From assembly GCA_963849325.1 (NCBI GenBank), contig CAWKHF010000012.1, positions 352,001-416,000 of the forward strand: a DNA stretch of 64,000 nucleotides, read 5' to 3'. The translations under genes were made by a program, and so were the position numbers. This DNA comes from an uncultured Planctomycetota bacterium (GTDB lineage Bacteria > Planctomycetota > Planctomycetia > Gemmatales > Gemmataceae). Below the pieces are notes generated by a model. It searched no databases. It worked only from the letters and a program-made list of their open reading frames with translations, and had not been told where the DNA came from. Below are positions 47,116-57,813 of this stretch, in pieces. The number at the start of each line of letters is the position of its first letter. Positions within the stretch are counted from its first letter, which is position 1.

Positions 47116-49796
47116 ATGGTTCAGACATGCAGCAAGTGTTCGCGGGCCAATCCGGGCGATGCCGTCTACTGCTACTTCGACGGCTTCGTCCTGGGCGGCC
47201 ATTCGCGGAACGGCGGGCCCGCTCGCCGTCGGCGCGCAGGCGTTCGCCCATCCGTTCGTCTTTCCCGGCGGCCGGCAGTGCCGCAGCTTCGACGAGCTGG
47301 CCCTGGCCTGTCAGGAGGACTGGACCGCCGCCCGCGACCTGCTCAAGCAAGGCTACCTGGAGAGCTTCTTCGGCGGCCTGGGCCGCGTCGATCTCGCCCT
47401 GGCCGCCAAGGAGGCCGCCAAGTTCCCCGACCCCGACCGCGGACTCGATCAACTGCTGGAAAAGCTGCCCAGCGACGTCCTCGCCGAGCCGCGCCTGGGC
47501 CTGGAGACGCAGGAGGTCAACCTCGGCGTCCTGGAGGTCGGCGCCGAGCGCGCAGTTCCAGCTGCACCTGGAAAACCAGGGCATGCGGCTGCTCTACGGC
47601 ACCATCACCAGCGCCGACGGCAACTGGCTGGCCCTGGGCGACGCCGCCGCCAACGAGAAGCACTTCCAGTTCCAGCACGAAACGTCCATCTCCGATCCGC
47701 GTCCGCCCCGATAAGCTCCGCGCCAACACCAAGCCGCTGGAAGCGACACCTGGTGGTCGAGTCCAACGGCGGCTCGTTCATCGTCGTGGTCACGGCCGCA
47801 GGTGCCGGTCAAGCCGTTTCCGTCCGGCGCCCTGGCCGGCGCCAAGAGTCCGCGTCAGGTCGCCGAGAAGGCCAAGGCCAACCCCAAGGAGGCCGCCGCC
47901 CTGTTCGAGAACGGCGCGGTCGCCGAGTGGTACAAGTCCAACGGCTGGACCTACCCGGTTCAGGGTCCGTCCGCGTCCGGCCTCGGCGCCGTGCAGCAGT
48001 TCTTCGAGGCGCTCGGCCTGACGCCGCCGCCCAAGGTCGAGATCAGCACCAACCGCATCGACCTGAGCGGCAGTCCCGGCGATCAGCTCCGCTCCACCTC
48101 GAGGTCAAGACGCAGGAGAAGCGGCCCGTCTACGCCCACGCCACCAGCAATCAGCCCTGGCTGGAGGTCAGCCGGGCCAAGCTCAACGGCCGCGTCGCCA
48201 CCATCAACCTGTCGGTGCCGTCGGTGCCCAACCGCCAGGGCGAGACGCTGACGGCCAAGCTGACCGTGCAGTCCAACGGCAATCAGCGCTTCGTCGTGCC
48301 GGTGACGCTGCAAGTCGAGCAGCAATCTCGTCTTCGGCGACCGGCCGGCGCCGACGCCGGTCACGTCGAAGCTGGTAACGACAACGCCGGCGGCACCGTC
48401 CCGGTCATCCGTGCCGCCGCGTCGTCGCCCCTTCACGCGGGCTGCCGGCGAGTCTCGTCGTCGTCGCCCGAAGGACAAGCCGGCCTGGATGCACCTGCTG
48501 CCGGCCTTTCTGCTGCTGTTCGCCCTGATCCTCGCCGTGGTCATCGATCGCCTCCTGCCCAAGCCAGCCCGGCATCCGCGACGAATAATGACGACCTCGA
48601 TGCGCGCACCGAGTCGTCGCGGCGAACCCTGGACCTACGCCACGGCACGCTCAAGGACCCCGAGCCGCTGATCAGCGTGCATCTGCGATTCCGAGACATG
48701 CGGTTCGGCCTGGAGATGACCAAGGAGAAGGATCCCAACCCCGAAAACGCGGACAAGTTCAAGAGGCTGACCTACGAGGAACCCGGCAAAAGCAACAACA
48801 CCATCATCAAGATCGACGGCGACGAATACTACTTCGGCCGAGACCACGCCGAGCAACGTTGGGCTGGCCGGCGGGGCGAGATGAAGCAGAAGCCGCTCCC
48901 TCACGGTCGCAAGGCTGGACCTCGACGATGGATTTCACCGGCGAGAAGGTGCGAAGTCACGCAGCACGTCGAGATCGTGCCCGGCCAATCGGGCTACCTC
49001 GATACGCTGCCTGGTCTACTACACCATCCGCAACCAGGACGACGGGCAAGCACAAGGTCGGCATCCGCGTCATGCTGGACACCTACATCGGCGCCAACGA
49101 CGGCGTGCCGTTCACCATCCCCGGCAAGAAGGGGTTCGTCGATACCCGGGCCGACTTCGACGAGGAAGCAGATCCCCGATTACATCGAGGTCATCGAGAA
49201 GCCGGACGATCCCAAGAACCCCGGCACCGTGGCCCGCATGGGGCTGCGCAACATCAATCTGCCCGGCATCGAGCTGGAGCCGCTGGAGAAGTTGCGCATC
49301 TGCCGCTGGCCCGGCAACCGACGGCGCGTTGGGAGTTGGAGCCGATCCGAGTCCATGAAGACGCGCGAGCGCGAGGACAAGGCCGATTCCTGCGTGGTCC
49401 TGTACTGGCCTTACGAGAGCATGAATCCAGGGAGCACGCGCGACGTGGCCTTCACCTATGGCCTGGGCGCTGGACGTCGGCAGCGGCGGCCGGCACCGTC
49501 GCTGGCCCTGAGCGTACCGGCGTCCGTGCCAGCCGGACAACGATTTCGTGGTCACCGCCTACGTCTGGAACGCCAGCAAGGGCGACAAGGTGAAGCTGGA
49601 ACTGCCGGCGGGCTTGAAGCTGGCCAACGGACGAAAGCGACGAGAAGACCATCGAGGAGGGCGGCGCGCGCAGCCAGGTGTTCTGGCATGTGCGCAGCGG
49701 CAAGGCCGGCACGTTACACGCTGCAACGCCGCCTCGGGCAAGGCCAAGGCCAAGCCGAAACAGGTGGTGGTCAAGACGACGAGTATTTTTGGTTAG
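47116..49796 (+). CDS. Paralogue of B1: Zn-ribbon + helical + Ig-like + single TM + extracytoplasmic beta domain (B2); many indels
   Basis: MVQTCSKC.RANPGDAVYCYFDG, FVFPGGRQCRSFDEL, NGWTYPV, AVQQFFE, TM HLLPAFLLLFALILAVVI, VGIRVMLDTYIGANDGVPF. Confidence 0.75.
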
Positions 49797-49804
49797 GAGG
49801 CGCC

Positions 49805-50002
49805 ATGAAATATACCGTCGTGATCGAAAAGTCGGACGAGGGGTTCGCCGTCTCCGTCCCCGGGCTGCCGGGATGCCATTCGCAGGGAGACACGGAGGCC
49901 GAGGCGCTGGCGAACATCGCGGACGCCATCCGCGAGTATCTGGAAGTAGTTCAGGAATTAGCTCAATCGGTGGGGGCCAAACACGCCGAAGTCGAGGTGT
50001 AG
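49805..50002 (+). CDS. hicB: Solo HicB-family antitoxin
   Basis: DEGFAVSVPGLPGCHSQGDTEAEALANIADAIREYL; AGGAGG RBS. Confidence 0.88.
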   Translation: MKYTVVIEKSDEGFAVSVPGLPGCHSQGDTEAEALANIADAIREYLEVVQELAQSVGAKHAEVEV

Positions 50003-50030
50003 TTATGCCCAGGTTTTCGGAGTGCGACGG

Positions 50031-50930
50031 ATGTCGTTCAAGCTGTTCATCTACTACTGTGCCCTGTGCGGCGGCTGGGCGGCCTTCCTGAGCTGGGGCG
50101 TCGCTCAGGGCAGCGGGTCATGCGCGACATCCAATCGGCCTACGTCCGGGCCGCCCTGATCGCCGCCGTCCTCGGCCTGCTGGTCGCCGGCGGCATCGGC
50201 CTGGTGGACGCCCTCCTCAACGCCGTCGGCGTCCAGCGCCTGCATCCGCGTCCTCGTCTGCGTCGGGCGTCGGCCTGATCGGCGGCCTGTTCGGCGGGCT
50301 CATCGGCCAGGTGCTCAACTCCATCCTCCGCGTTCCCTTCTTCGTCGGCTGGATTCTCGCGGGCGTCTGCATCGGCGCTTCCCTCGGCGTCTACGATCTG
50401 CTGCGCGGCCGTGAAGACCAAGGGCGACATGCGCGTCGCCGCTCGAAGAAGACGCTCAACGGCATCTACGGCGGCTTCCTCGGCGGCTTGCTCGGCGGCA
50501 TCCTGTTCGGCCTGCTCGACTCCGCAACCCGTACATCCCGCGCACCGACCTGGCGATCGGCCTGGTGATCCTCGGCCTGTGCATCGGCCTGCTGGTCGGC
50601 CTGGCCCAGGTGATCCTCAAGGAAGCGTGGATCAAGGTCGAGCGGGCTTCCGCGCCGGCCGCGAGCTGATGCTGTCCAAGGACGAAACGACCATCGGCCG
50701 GGCCGAGAGCTGCGACCTCGGCCTGTTCGGCGACAACACCATCGAGCAGCTTGCACGCCCGCATTCTGCTGAAGAACAACCGCTACCTGCTCGCCGACGC
50801 GGACACGCCCGGCGGCACGTACCTCAACGACGAGCGCGATCGAGCAAACCCACGCCGCTTGAAGTCCGGCGACTCGATCCGCGTGGGCAACAGTGTCCTC
50901 GAGTTCGGCGAGAGACAGAAACGAAAATAA
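50031..50930 (+). CDS. Multi-TM membrane protein with C-terminal FHA domain (A2); indels
   Basis: MSFKLFIYYCALCGGW, Gly-rich TMs, GRELML..TTIGRAESCDLGLFGD..HA..GTYLN..GDSIRVG. Confidence 0.8.
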
Positions 50931-50983
50931 GTTCAGCCGCGACGCGCAGCGGAGACGCGCTCCGCTGCGCGTCGCGGCTAAAC
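50931..50983. repeat. REP-like palindrome family A
   Basis: gttcagccgcgacgcgcagcggag...ctccgctgcgcgtcgcggctaaac; starts right after the stop codon. Confidence 0.88.
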
Positions 50984-51002
50984 GAGAATCAGGATTGACC
51001 CC

Positions 51003-52479
51003 ATGCCGCTAGTGATCCGCTGTCCGCACTGCCAGAAACCGATGCAGCTGGCCGACAACTCGGCCGGCAAGCAGTTCCGCTGTCCGAACTGCCAGAAGCC
51101 GTTCACGGTCGGCGGCGCGCCAGCCGGCCGCCGCCGGCGCCGCGGCGGTCGGCGGCGGCGGCGCGGCCGTGGCCACCCGTCCCGCGGCCCCGCCGCGCCT
51201 CGCCGCCGCCTCGGCCGCCCTCCGACGCCCGACGTGCACCGTCTCGCCCGGCAAGCCCGCCGCCGCGCCCGCCGACGCCGACGGAGTGCCCCGCCTGCAA
51301 GGCGCCCCTGCTGCCCGGCGCCATCGCCTGCATGGACTGCGGCTACCTGATCCAGCCGGAGACGACCGCCGCCGAGACGGAGGGCGCGCCCAACCTCTGC
51401 CCCAACCCCGCCTGCGGCGTCGCCAACCCGCCCGGCGAACGCAACTGCCAGCGCTGCGGCACCGCCGCTGCCGACCGCGCCCGGCACCATCCTGCACGGC
51501 CGCTACAAGATCGAGCAAGCTCCTGGCGATGGGCGGCTTCGGCGCCGTCTACCTGGCCACCGACACCAAGAACGGCAACCGGCCGGTCGCCATCAAGGAC
51601 ATGATCTGCGCCGACCCGCAGGAGTTCGCCATCCGCCTGAACTTCTTCCGCCGCGAGGCCGAGATCCTCCGCTCGCTGGAGAGCATCCCCATCGTGCCGC
51701 GCGTCTACGACCTCATCGAGCAGGGCCAGACGCGCCCACCTCGTCCTGGAATTCATCCGCGGCCAGGACCTGCTCAAGCTCATGGAGGCCAACAACAACA
51801 AGCCGTTCCCGACTCGACCAGGTCATCGAGTGGGGCAAGAGCATCTGCGACGTGCTGACGCACATGCACACGCAGTCGCCGCCGCTGGTCCACCGCGACC
51901 TCAAGCCCGACAACATCATGCTGCTGGAGGACCAGCGCATCGATCAAGATGATCGACTTCGGCACCGCCCGCGACCTGGGCCGCACCGCCAAGGAGAAGA
52001 TGGCGGCCAAGACGCGCGTCTACACCGAGGGCTACGCCCCGCCGGAGCAGATCGTCGGCAAGCCGGAGCCGCGCAGCGACCTGTTCGCCCTGGCCGGGAC
52101 GATGTATCATCTGGCGACCGGCAAGGCGCCGGAGGGCTTCTACACCGCCCGCGAGCTGGAGACGCAGCTGGACGATCCGAACGGCCCGATCCCGGCCGAG
52201 CAGCGCTGGTTCTACGAGCTGATCAAGCATCAACCTGGCCGAGGACGTCAACGACCGCTACTTCTCGGCCCGCGAGATCAAGGCCGACCTGGACCAGCAG
52301 CCGCGTCACCAAGGAGGTGGCCTGCCCGAAGTGCCAGCACGACCAACAAGGTGCGCGAGCCGTACTGCTCCAAGTGCGCCGAGCCGCTGACCGACCCGAC
52401 GCCGCCCTGCTACCACTGCGGCAAGACCAACCGCATGGGCAGCCGCTGCTGCATCCACTGCGGCAACCGTCTTCGTTAA
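51003..52479 (+). CDS. Hanks-type Ser/Thr protein kinase flanked by five Zn-ribbons; indels
   Basis: GGFGAVY, VAIK, HRDLKPDN, DFG, GYAPPEQ, SDLFAL; three CxxC pairs N-terminal and two C-terminal. Confidence 0.9.
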
Positions 52480-52503
52480 TGCGTGTTTGACAGGCTGTAG
52501 GCT

Positions 52504-52575
52504 GTAGGGTGGGCCGAGTGCAACGAGGCCCACCGGCGTGGCGTGGTGGGCCTCGTTGCACTCGGCCCACCCTAC
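52504..52575. repeat. GTAG-type REP inverted doublet (REPIN-like)
   Basis: gtagggtgggccgagtgcaacgaggcccacc and its exact reverse complement ending ccctac; each arm has an internal palindrome. Confidence 0.88.
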
Positions 52576-52595
52576 GAGCTACGAGCTAGACGGAT

Positions 52596-54901
52596 ATGTC
52601 TTCCAACTCCTCTGATTCCAACGCCTCGCGTGCGGGCGGTTTGCTGGCTCGCTTGAAAGGCCTGGTCCAGACGATGAAACCCAACGACGAATCGTCTCGT
52701 CAGACGAAGTGCTGCCGACCTGGGACGTGACGCCGCCTCCCGCCCGCCGTGGACGAGGCCGCCAAAGCGGTGCCCGTCGCCCAACCCGTCCCCGCCGCCG
52801 AGGCGGACGCCGACGTGCCTGTCGCCCAGCCCGTGGAAGACGCACCGCCGGCACAGGCGGACAAGCCCGCGGGACCGGCAGCAATCGCCGAGTCTTCCGT
52901 GGAGGCGATCCCTTCGCCGCTGATCGAAGAGCCGCCCGCTCCGGGTCCGATCGTCTGTCCCGTCTGCTCCGCCCCGCGCCGGGGCGACGACTCGTCGTGC
53001 GCCGATTGCGGCTATTACTACTCGGCGGCCGACCTCGCCGGCGGTTCGGCCGCCGACCATCGGCGGCCGCCTGCCGCCGCCGGCGATTCCCACCATGCGT
53101 TTGAAAAACCGCTTCGAGGTCCGCGAGCTGATCAGCGAGCGTCCCGGCGTGACACGCTATCGCGGCCTGGATCACGGCGACGGCTCCGGCCAGCCAGTCC
53201 CGGTTGTCATCATCCGCCAGGAGCTGCCCCGCACGGCCGAGCCGCTCGTCGCCGAAGCGCCGCCCGCCGCCGAGACGGACTCGGCCGCGGAGTCCGATGA
53301 CGAAGTTCTGCCCGTGCTTCGACGACGTCTTCCCCGCCGCCGCGCCCGTCACCGAGATCCTCGGCGCTCAACCGCTCTGGCCGAGCCTCGCCTGGGAGCA
53401 GACCCTGCTCTCGCACGCTCGAACACCCCGGCCTGCCCGCCGTGGTCGACCGCTTCACCGAGGACGGTTTCGAGTATCTCGTCGAGGAGGTCCCGACCGG
53501 CCGTTCGCTCTGGGACGCCTGGGACGATCCCGACGTCCGACTCGGCGACGCGCTTCGGCTACCTTGCCGAGGTCGCCGAGATCCTGCACCGCGCTCCACC
53601 AGTGCAACGCCATCCTCGAAGGGCTGCGCCCCGAACATCGTCGTCATCGCCCCGGACGGCCGCGCTCGCCTGACCGACCTGGCCGATCTGCTGCCGCTGC
53701 CGCTGCCGCGCGGATCTGCCCCTGCGGCGCACGCTCTACACCGCGCCCGAAGCTGCTGACCGGCAAGGCCGACGCCCGCGCCGACCTGTACAGCTTCGGC
53801 GCCATGCTCTACGCTCTGCACGTCGGCCGCGAACTGAACGAGATCGACTTCGACCGCTCCGGCACGCCCAAGCCGTTCATCCCGCGCTTCCCCGACATCC
53901 ACCCGGCGTTCGGCCGGCTGATGACCAAGACGTTCCGCAAGGAGGTCGACGGCCGCTTCCCCACCGACGAGGCGGCGCGCGAGGACGCCACCGGCTTCAT
54001 CGAGCTGATCCGCACGCTGCAACGTGCTGCGGCCGCACCTTCGACAACGTGCGCCTGGAGATCGCCGCCTGGACGACGACCGGCATGGTCCGCACCGGCA
54101 ACGAGGACGCCTTCGCGCTGTTGCACGCCTGCGAGTCGCGCCAGGACGACACTGGGCGAGGCCGCCCTGGTGCTGCTGTGCGACGGCATGGGCGGCTACG
54201 AGGCCGGCGAGGTGGCCGCCGCGCTGGCCATCCAGGTCATGCGGCAATACCTGGTGCAGCAAAAGCCGTTCGCGCCGCTGGCCGGGCGTCGCTCTTTCCC
54301 TGGCGACTCGCTCAGTACGCAACCGAAGCCGGAGAACCAGGGCCACGCCGCTCCGCCGATCGACGTCGAGGCGATGAAGCAGACGCTCAAGGCCGCCCTC
54401 AAGGAGGCGAACAAGCAGGTCTTCACCGCCTCGCGCGCGCCCGGCTCGAAGCGCCGCGGCATGGGCTGCACCGCCGAGGCCGTCTACGTCGATGGCCGCA
54501 ACGTCGTCGTCGGCCACGTCGGCGACAGCCGCACCTACCACCTGCACGAGGGCCGGCTGGTCCAGCTGACGCGCGACCAGACGCTGGTCAATCGCCTGGT
54601 CGAGCTGGGCACGCTGACGCCGGAGGAGGCGGAGACGCACCCGCGCCGCAACGAACTGCAGCAGGCCGTCGGCGGCCAGCCCGACGTCGAACCCGGCGTC
54701 TATGCCGGCGTCCTGAAGGCCGGCGACTGGGTCGTGGTCTGCTCCGACGGCCTGACGAACCACGTCAGCAACGCCGATCTGCAACAGATGCTCCAGGGCG
54801 AGGGCTACTCCGCCGAGACCGTGGCGCGGCGGCTGGTGAACCTGGCCAACATCCAGGGCGCCACCGACAACGCCACGGTCGTCGTCATCCGGGCGACGTA
54901 A
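52596..54901 (+). CDS. Zn-ribbon + pseudokinase + PP2C phosphatase fusion; indels
   Basis: CPVC..CADC; kinase-like LEHPGLP, YLVEE, YTAPE, ADLYSFG; PP2C RTGNED, CDGMGG, HVGDSR, CSDGL, TDNAT. Confidence 0.88.
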
Positions 54902-54909
54902 TGTTCCAA

Positions 54910-54961
54910 GTTTAGCCGCGACGCGCAGCGGAGCGCGCTGCGCTGCGCGTCGCGGCTAAAC
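54910..54961. repeat. REP-like palindrome family A
   Basis: gtttagccgcgacgcgcagcg...cgctgcgcgtcgcggctaaac. Confidence 0.88.
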
Positions 54962-54992
54962 AAAGGAACGCGCTGGCGAACAACATTTCCTC

Positions 54993-55020
54993 TTGTCATC
55001 TCGTCCGCCGTTGATACGAT
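54993..55020 (+). promoter_or_regulatory. Candidate sigma-70 promoter of rpsO-pnp
   Basis: TTGTCA-16 bp-TACGAT with extended -10 TGn. Confidence 0.55.
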
Positions 55021-55095
55021 TCCTGGAGTTGTAGAGGGAACAAGCACTGTCCAAGTAGGCAGGAGTAGCACCAGGCGGAGGTGACAAGGATCGAG

Positions 55096-55366
55096 ATGGC
55101 GATCACGAAGGACCGCAAGACGCAAATCATTGATCAGTTCCGGCGCGAAGCCGACCGACACCGGTTCGCCGGAAGTGCAGATCGCGTTGCTCACGGCGCG
55201 CATCAACGAGCTGCACGAGCACATGCGCACGCACAAGAAGGACCACGCCAGCCGGCGCGGCCTGCTGAAGATGGTCAGCAAGCGGTCCGGCTTGTTGACC
55301 TACCTGCGCAACAAGGATCGCAGCCGCTATCTGGCCGTCATCGGTCGGCTGGGCCTGCGCAAGTGA
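55096..55366 (+). CDS. rpsO: 30S ribosomal protein S15; one indel
   Basis: [20 protein letters not shown]...[15 protein letters not shown]. Confidence 0.95.
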
Positions 55367-55489
55367 AGGCGCGGCCGACCGGCGTTCTTCCGGATGATCC
55401 GGGAGCGGACTCAAATCGATTGTTGAAACCGCAAGCACGGTGACGTACTCCGGCCGGGGGCGTGCGTTCGGCGCCGCCCCAAAGGAGGA

Positions 55490-57721
55490 ATGTCCGTGCA
55501 GTCATTTCGTGTTGAACGTCCGTTCGGCGCCCAACCGCTCATTCTGGAAACCGGCAAACTCGCCAAGCAGGCCCACGGCGCCGTCATGGTCCGCTACGGC
55601 GACACCGTGACCCTGGTCGCCGCCGTCGAGGGCGAGGTCCGACCGAGGGCCGCGATTTCTTCCCCCTCATCGTCGATTACCGCGAGAAGACCTACGCCGC
55701 CGGCAAGTTCCCCGGCGGCTTCATCAAGCGCGAAGGCCGGCCCACCACCAAGGAAATCCTCACCTCCCGCCTGATCGACCGCCCCATCCGCCCGCTGTTC
55801 CCCGCCGGCTACATCAACGAAGTGCAGATCATGGCCAGCACGCTGTCGGCCGACCGGGAGAACGATCCCGACGTGCTGTCGCATGATCGGCGCCAGCGCC
55901 GCCCTGCACGTCTCGCACATCCCGTTCCTGCAGCCGACCGGCACCGTCCGCGTCGGCCGCATCGGCGGCGAGTTGGTCCTCATGCCGACGCACTCGCAGC
56001 TGGAGGAGAGCGACCTCGACCTGGTCGTGGCCGGCACGCGCACGCCATCACCATGATCGAGGGCTTCGCGCGCGAGATGCCCGAGGACGAGATGCTCGAG
56101 GCCATCCTGTTCGGCCACAAGCACATCGTCACCGTCGTCGACATGATCGAGGAGCTGCGTCAGAAGGCCGGCCTGGGGACCAAGGAACTGCCGGCGGCCG
56201 GCGACGGTCAACCCGCTCATCGAGGAGTTCCGCAAGCAGCTTCGGCGCCGAGTTCCGCGAGCGCAAGCAGACGGCCGGCAAGGCCGACCGCGCCGACGCC
56301 ATCAAGGAGTTGCGCGAGCGCATCTTCGCCGAATATCTGCCCGAGGACGGCGAAGCCGAAGTACACGCCGGAGCAGGTGTCGGCCGCTTTCGACGCCCTG
56401 GAAGAGCGCGTCGTCCGCGACCTGATCCTGGAGGGCAAGCGCATCGACGGCCGCGACACCAAGCAGATCCGGCCGATCAACTGCGAGGTCGGCCTGCTGC
56501 CGCGGACGCACGGCTCGGCCGTCTTCCAGCGCGGCGAGACGCAGGCGCTGGTGACGACCGACGCTGGGCACCTCCAGCGACGAGCAGCGCGTCGACGGCC
56601 TGATGGACGAGTACAGCAAGAAGTTCATGCTCGACTACAACTTCCCGCCGTTCAGCGTCGGCGAGTGCCGGCCCATCCGCGGCCCCGGCCGCCGCGAGAT
56701 CGGCCACGGCGCCCTGGCCGAGCGCAGCCTCAAGGCCGTCATCCCCGGCGCCGGACAAGTTCCCCTACACCATCCGCGTCGTCTCCGACATCCTCGAGTC
56801 GAACGGCTCGTCGAGCATGGCGTCGGTCTGCGGCGGCACCCTGTCGCTGATGGACGCCGGCGTGCCGCATCACCGACCCGGTGGCCGGCATCTCCATCGG
56901 CCTGGTCAAGGAGGCCGGACCGCTTCACCCTGCTGACCGACATCATGGGCGACGAGGACCACTTCGGCGACATGGACTTCAAGGTCGCCGGCACCGGCCG
57001 CGGCATCACCGGCATCCAGCTCGACCTCAAGATCGACGGCATCGACGAGGAGATCATCAAGGCGACGCTGGACCAGGCCCGCGAGGCCCGCCGCGAGATC
57101 CTCAAGACCATGCTGTCCACGCCTGCGCCAGCCGCGGCCGCAGATCAGCAAGTACGCCCCGCGTCTGCTGACGGTCAAGATCAACCCGGAGAAGATCGGC
57201 CTGCTGATCGGGCCGGGCGGCAAGACGATCAAGGGCATTCAGGAGGCGACCGGCGCCAAGATCGACATCGAGGACGACGGCACGGTGTACATCTCGCACA
57301 GCGAGGCCGCCGGCGCCGAGGCCGCCAAGCTCAAGGTCGAGGCGCTGACCGAGGAGGTGCGCGTCGGCAAGGTCTACGAGGGCAAGGTCACGTCGATCAA
57401 GGACTTCGGCGCCTTCATCGAGATCCTGCCCGGCCGCGACGGCCTGTGCCACATCAGCGAGCTGGACGACAAGTACGTCGGCAAGGTCGAGGACGTGTGC
57501 AAGGTCGGCGACCAGATGCAGGTGAAGGTGATCGCCATCGACGACCACGACCGCGTCAAGCTGTCGCGCAAGGTGCTGCTGCGCGAGCAGAACAAACCGG
57601 CGGGCGGCGAAACGCCTCCGCCTCCGCCGCGGCGGTCGGGCGAGTCGCGTCCGCCTCGGCCGGAGTCGGCCCGCCGCGCCGCAGCGGCGAGCGCGAGCGC
57701 GGCCCGCGCGATGAGGAGTGA
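55490..57721 (+). CDS. pnp: Polyribonucleotide nucleotidyltransferase; many indels
   Basis: [64 protein letters not shown]1 FGAFIE; follows rpsO. Confidence 0.95.
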
Positions 57722-57731
57722 GATCGTTCCA

Positions 57732-57796
57732 GGCGAGTGGGGTCGCGTCAGCGCCGCGAGGACTGCCCTCGGGGCGCTGACGCGACCCCGCTCGCC
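57732..57796. repeat. REP-like palindrome after pnp
   Basis: ggcgagtggggtcgcgtcagcgcc...ggcgctgacgcgaccccgctcgcc. Confidence 0.8.
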
Positions 57797-57813
57797 GTGT
57801 GTTCCGCGAACAG

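Noticed and set aside
46985-50002. 1005-aa ORF ending in a HicB domain
   Set aside because: A chance open frame across many indels; B2 stops at 49796 and hicB has its own AGGAGG and ATG at 49805
44614-54901. Calling the locus a canonical TerY-P triad or a T6SS PpkA/PppA/Fha module
   Set aside because: Gene order and architectures differ, the vWA is long, and no ter or T6SS structural genes are in the window
21187-54961. Integron attC sites
   Set aside because: Family A runs GTT...AAC, the reverse of the attC RYYYAAC...GTTRRRY order; the stems lack extrahelical bases; no integrase or cassette array
55021-55095. S15 autoregulatory leader RNA
   Set aside because: Plausible by position, but only weak pairing is visible and no family match can be made by eye
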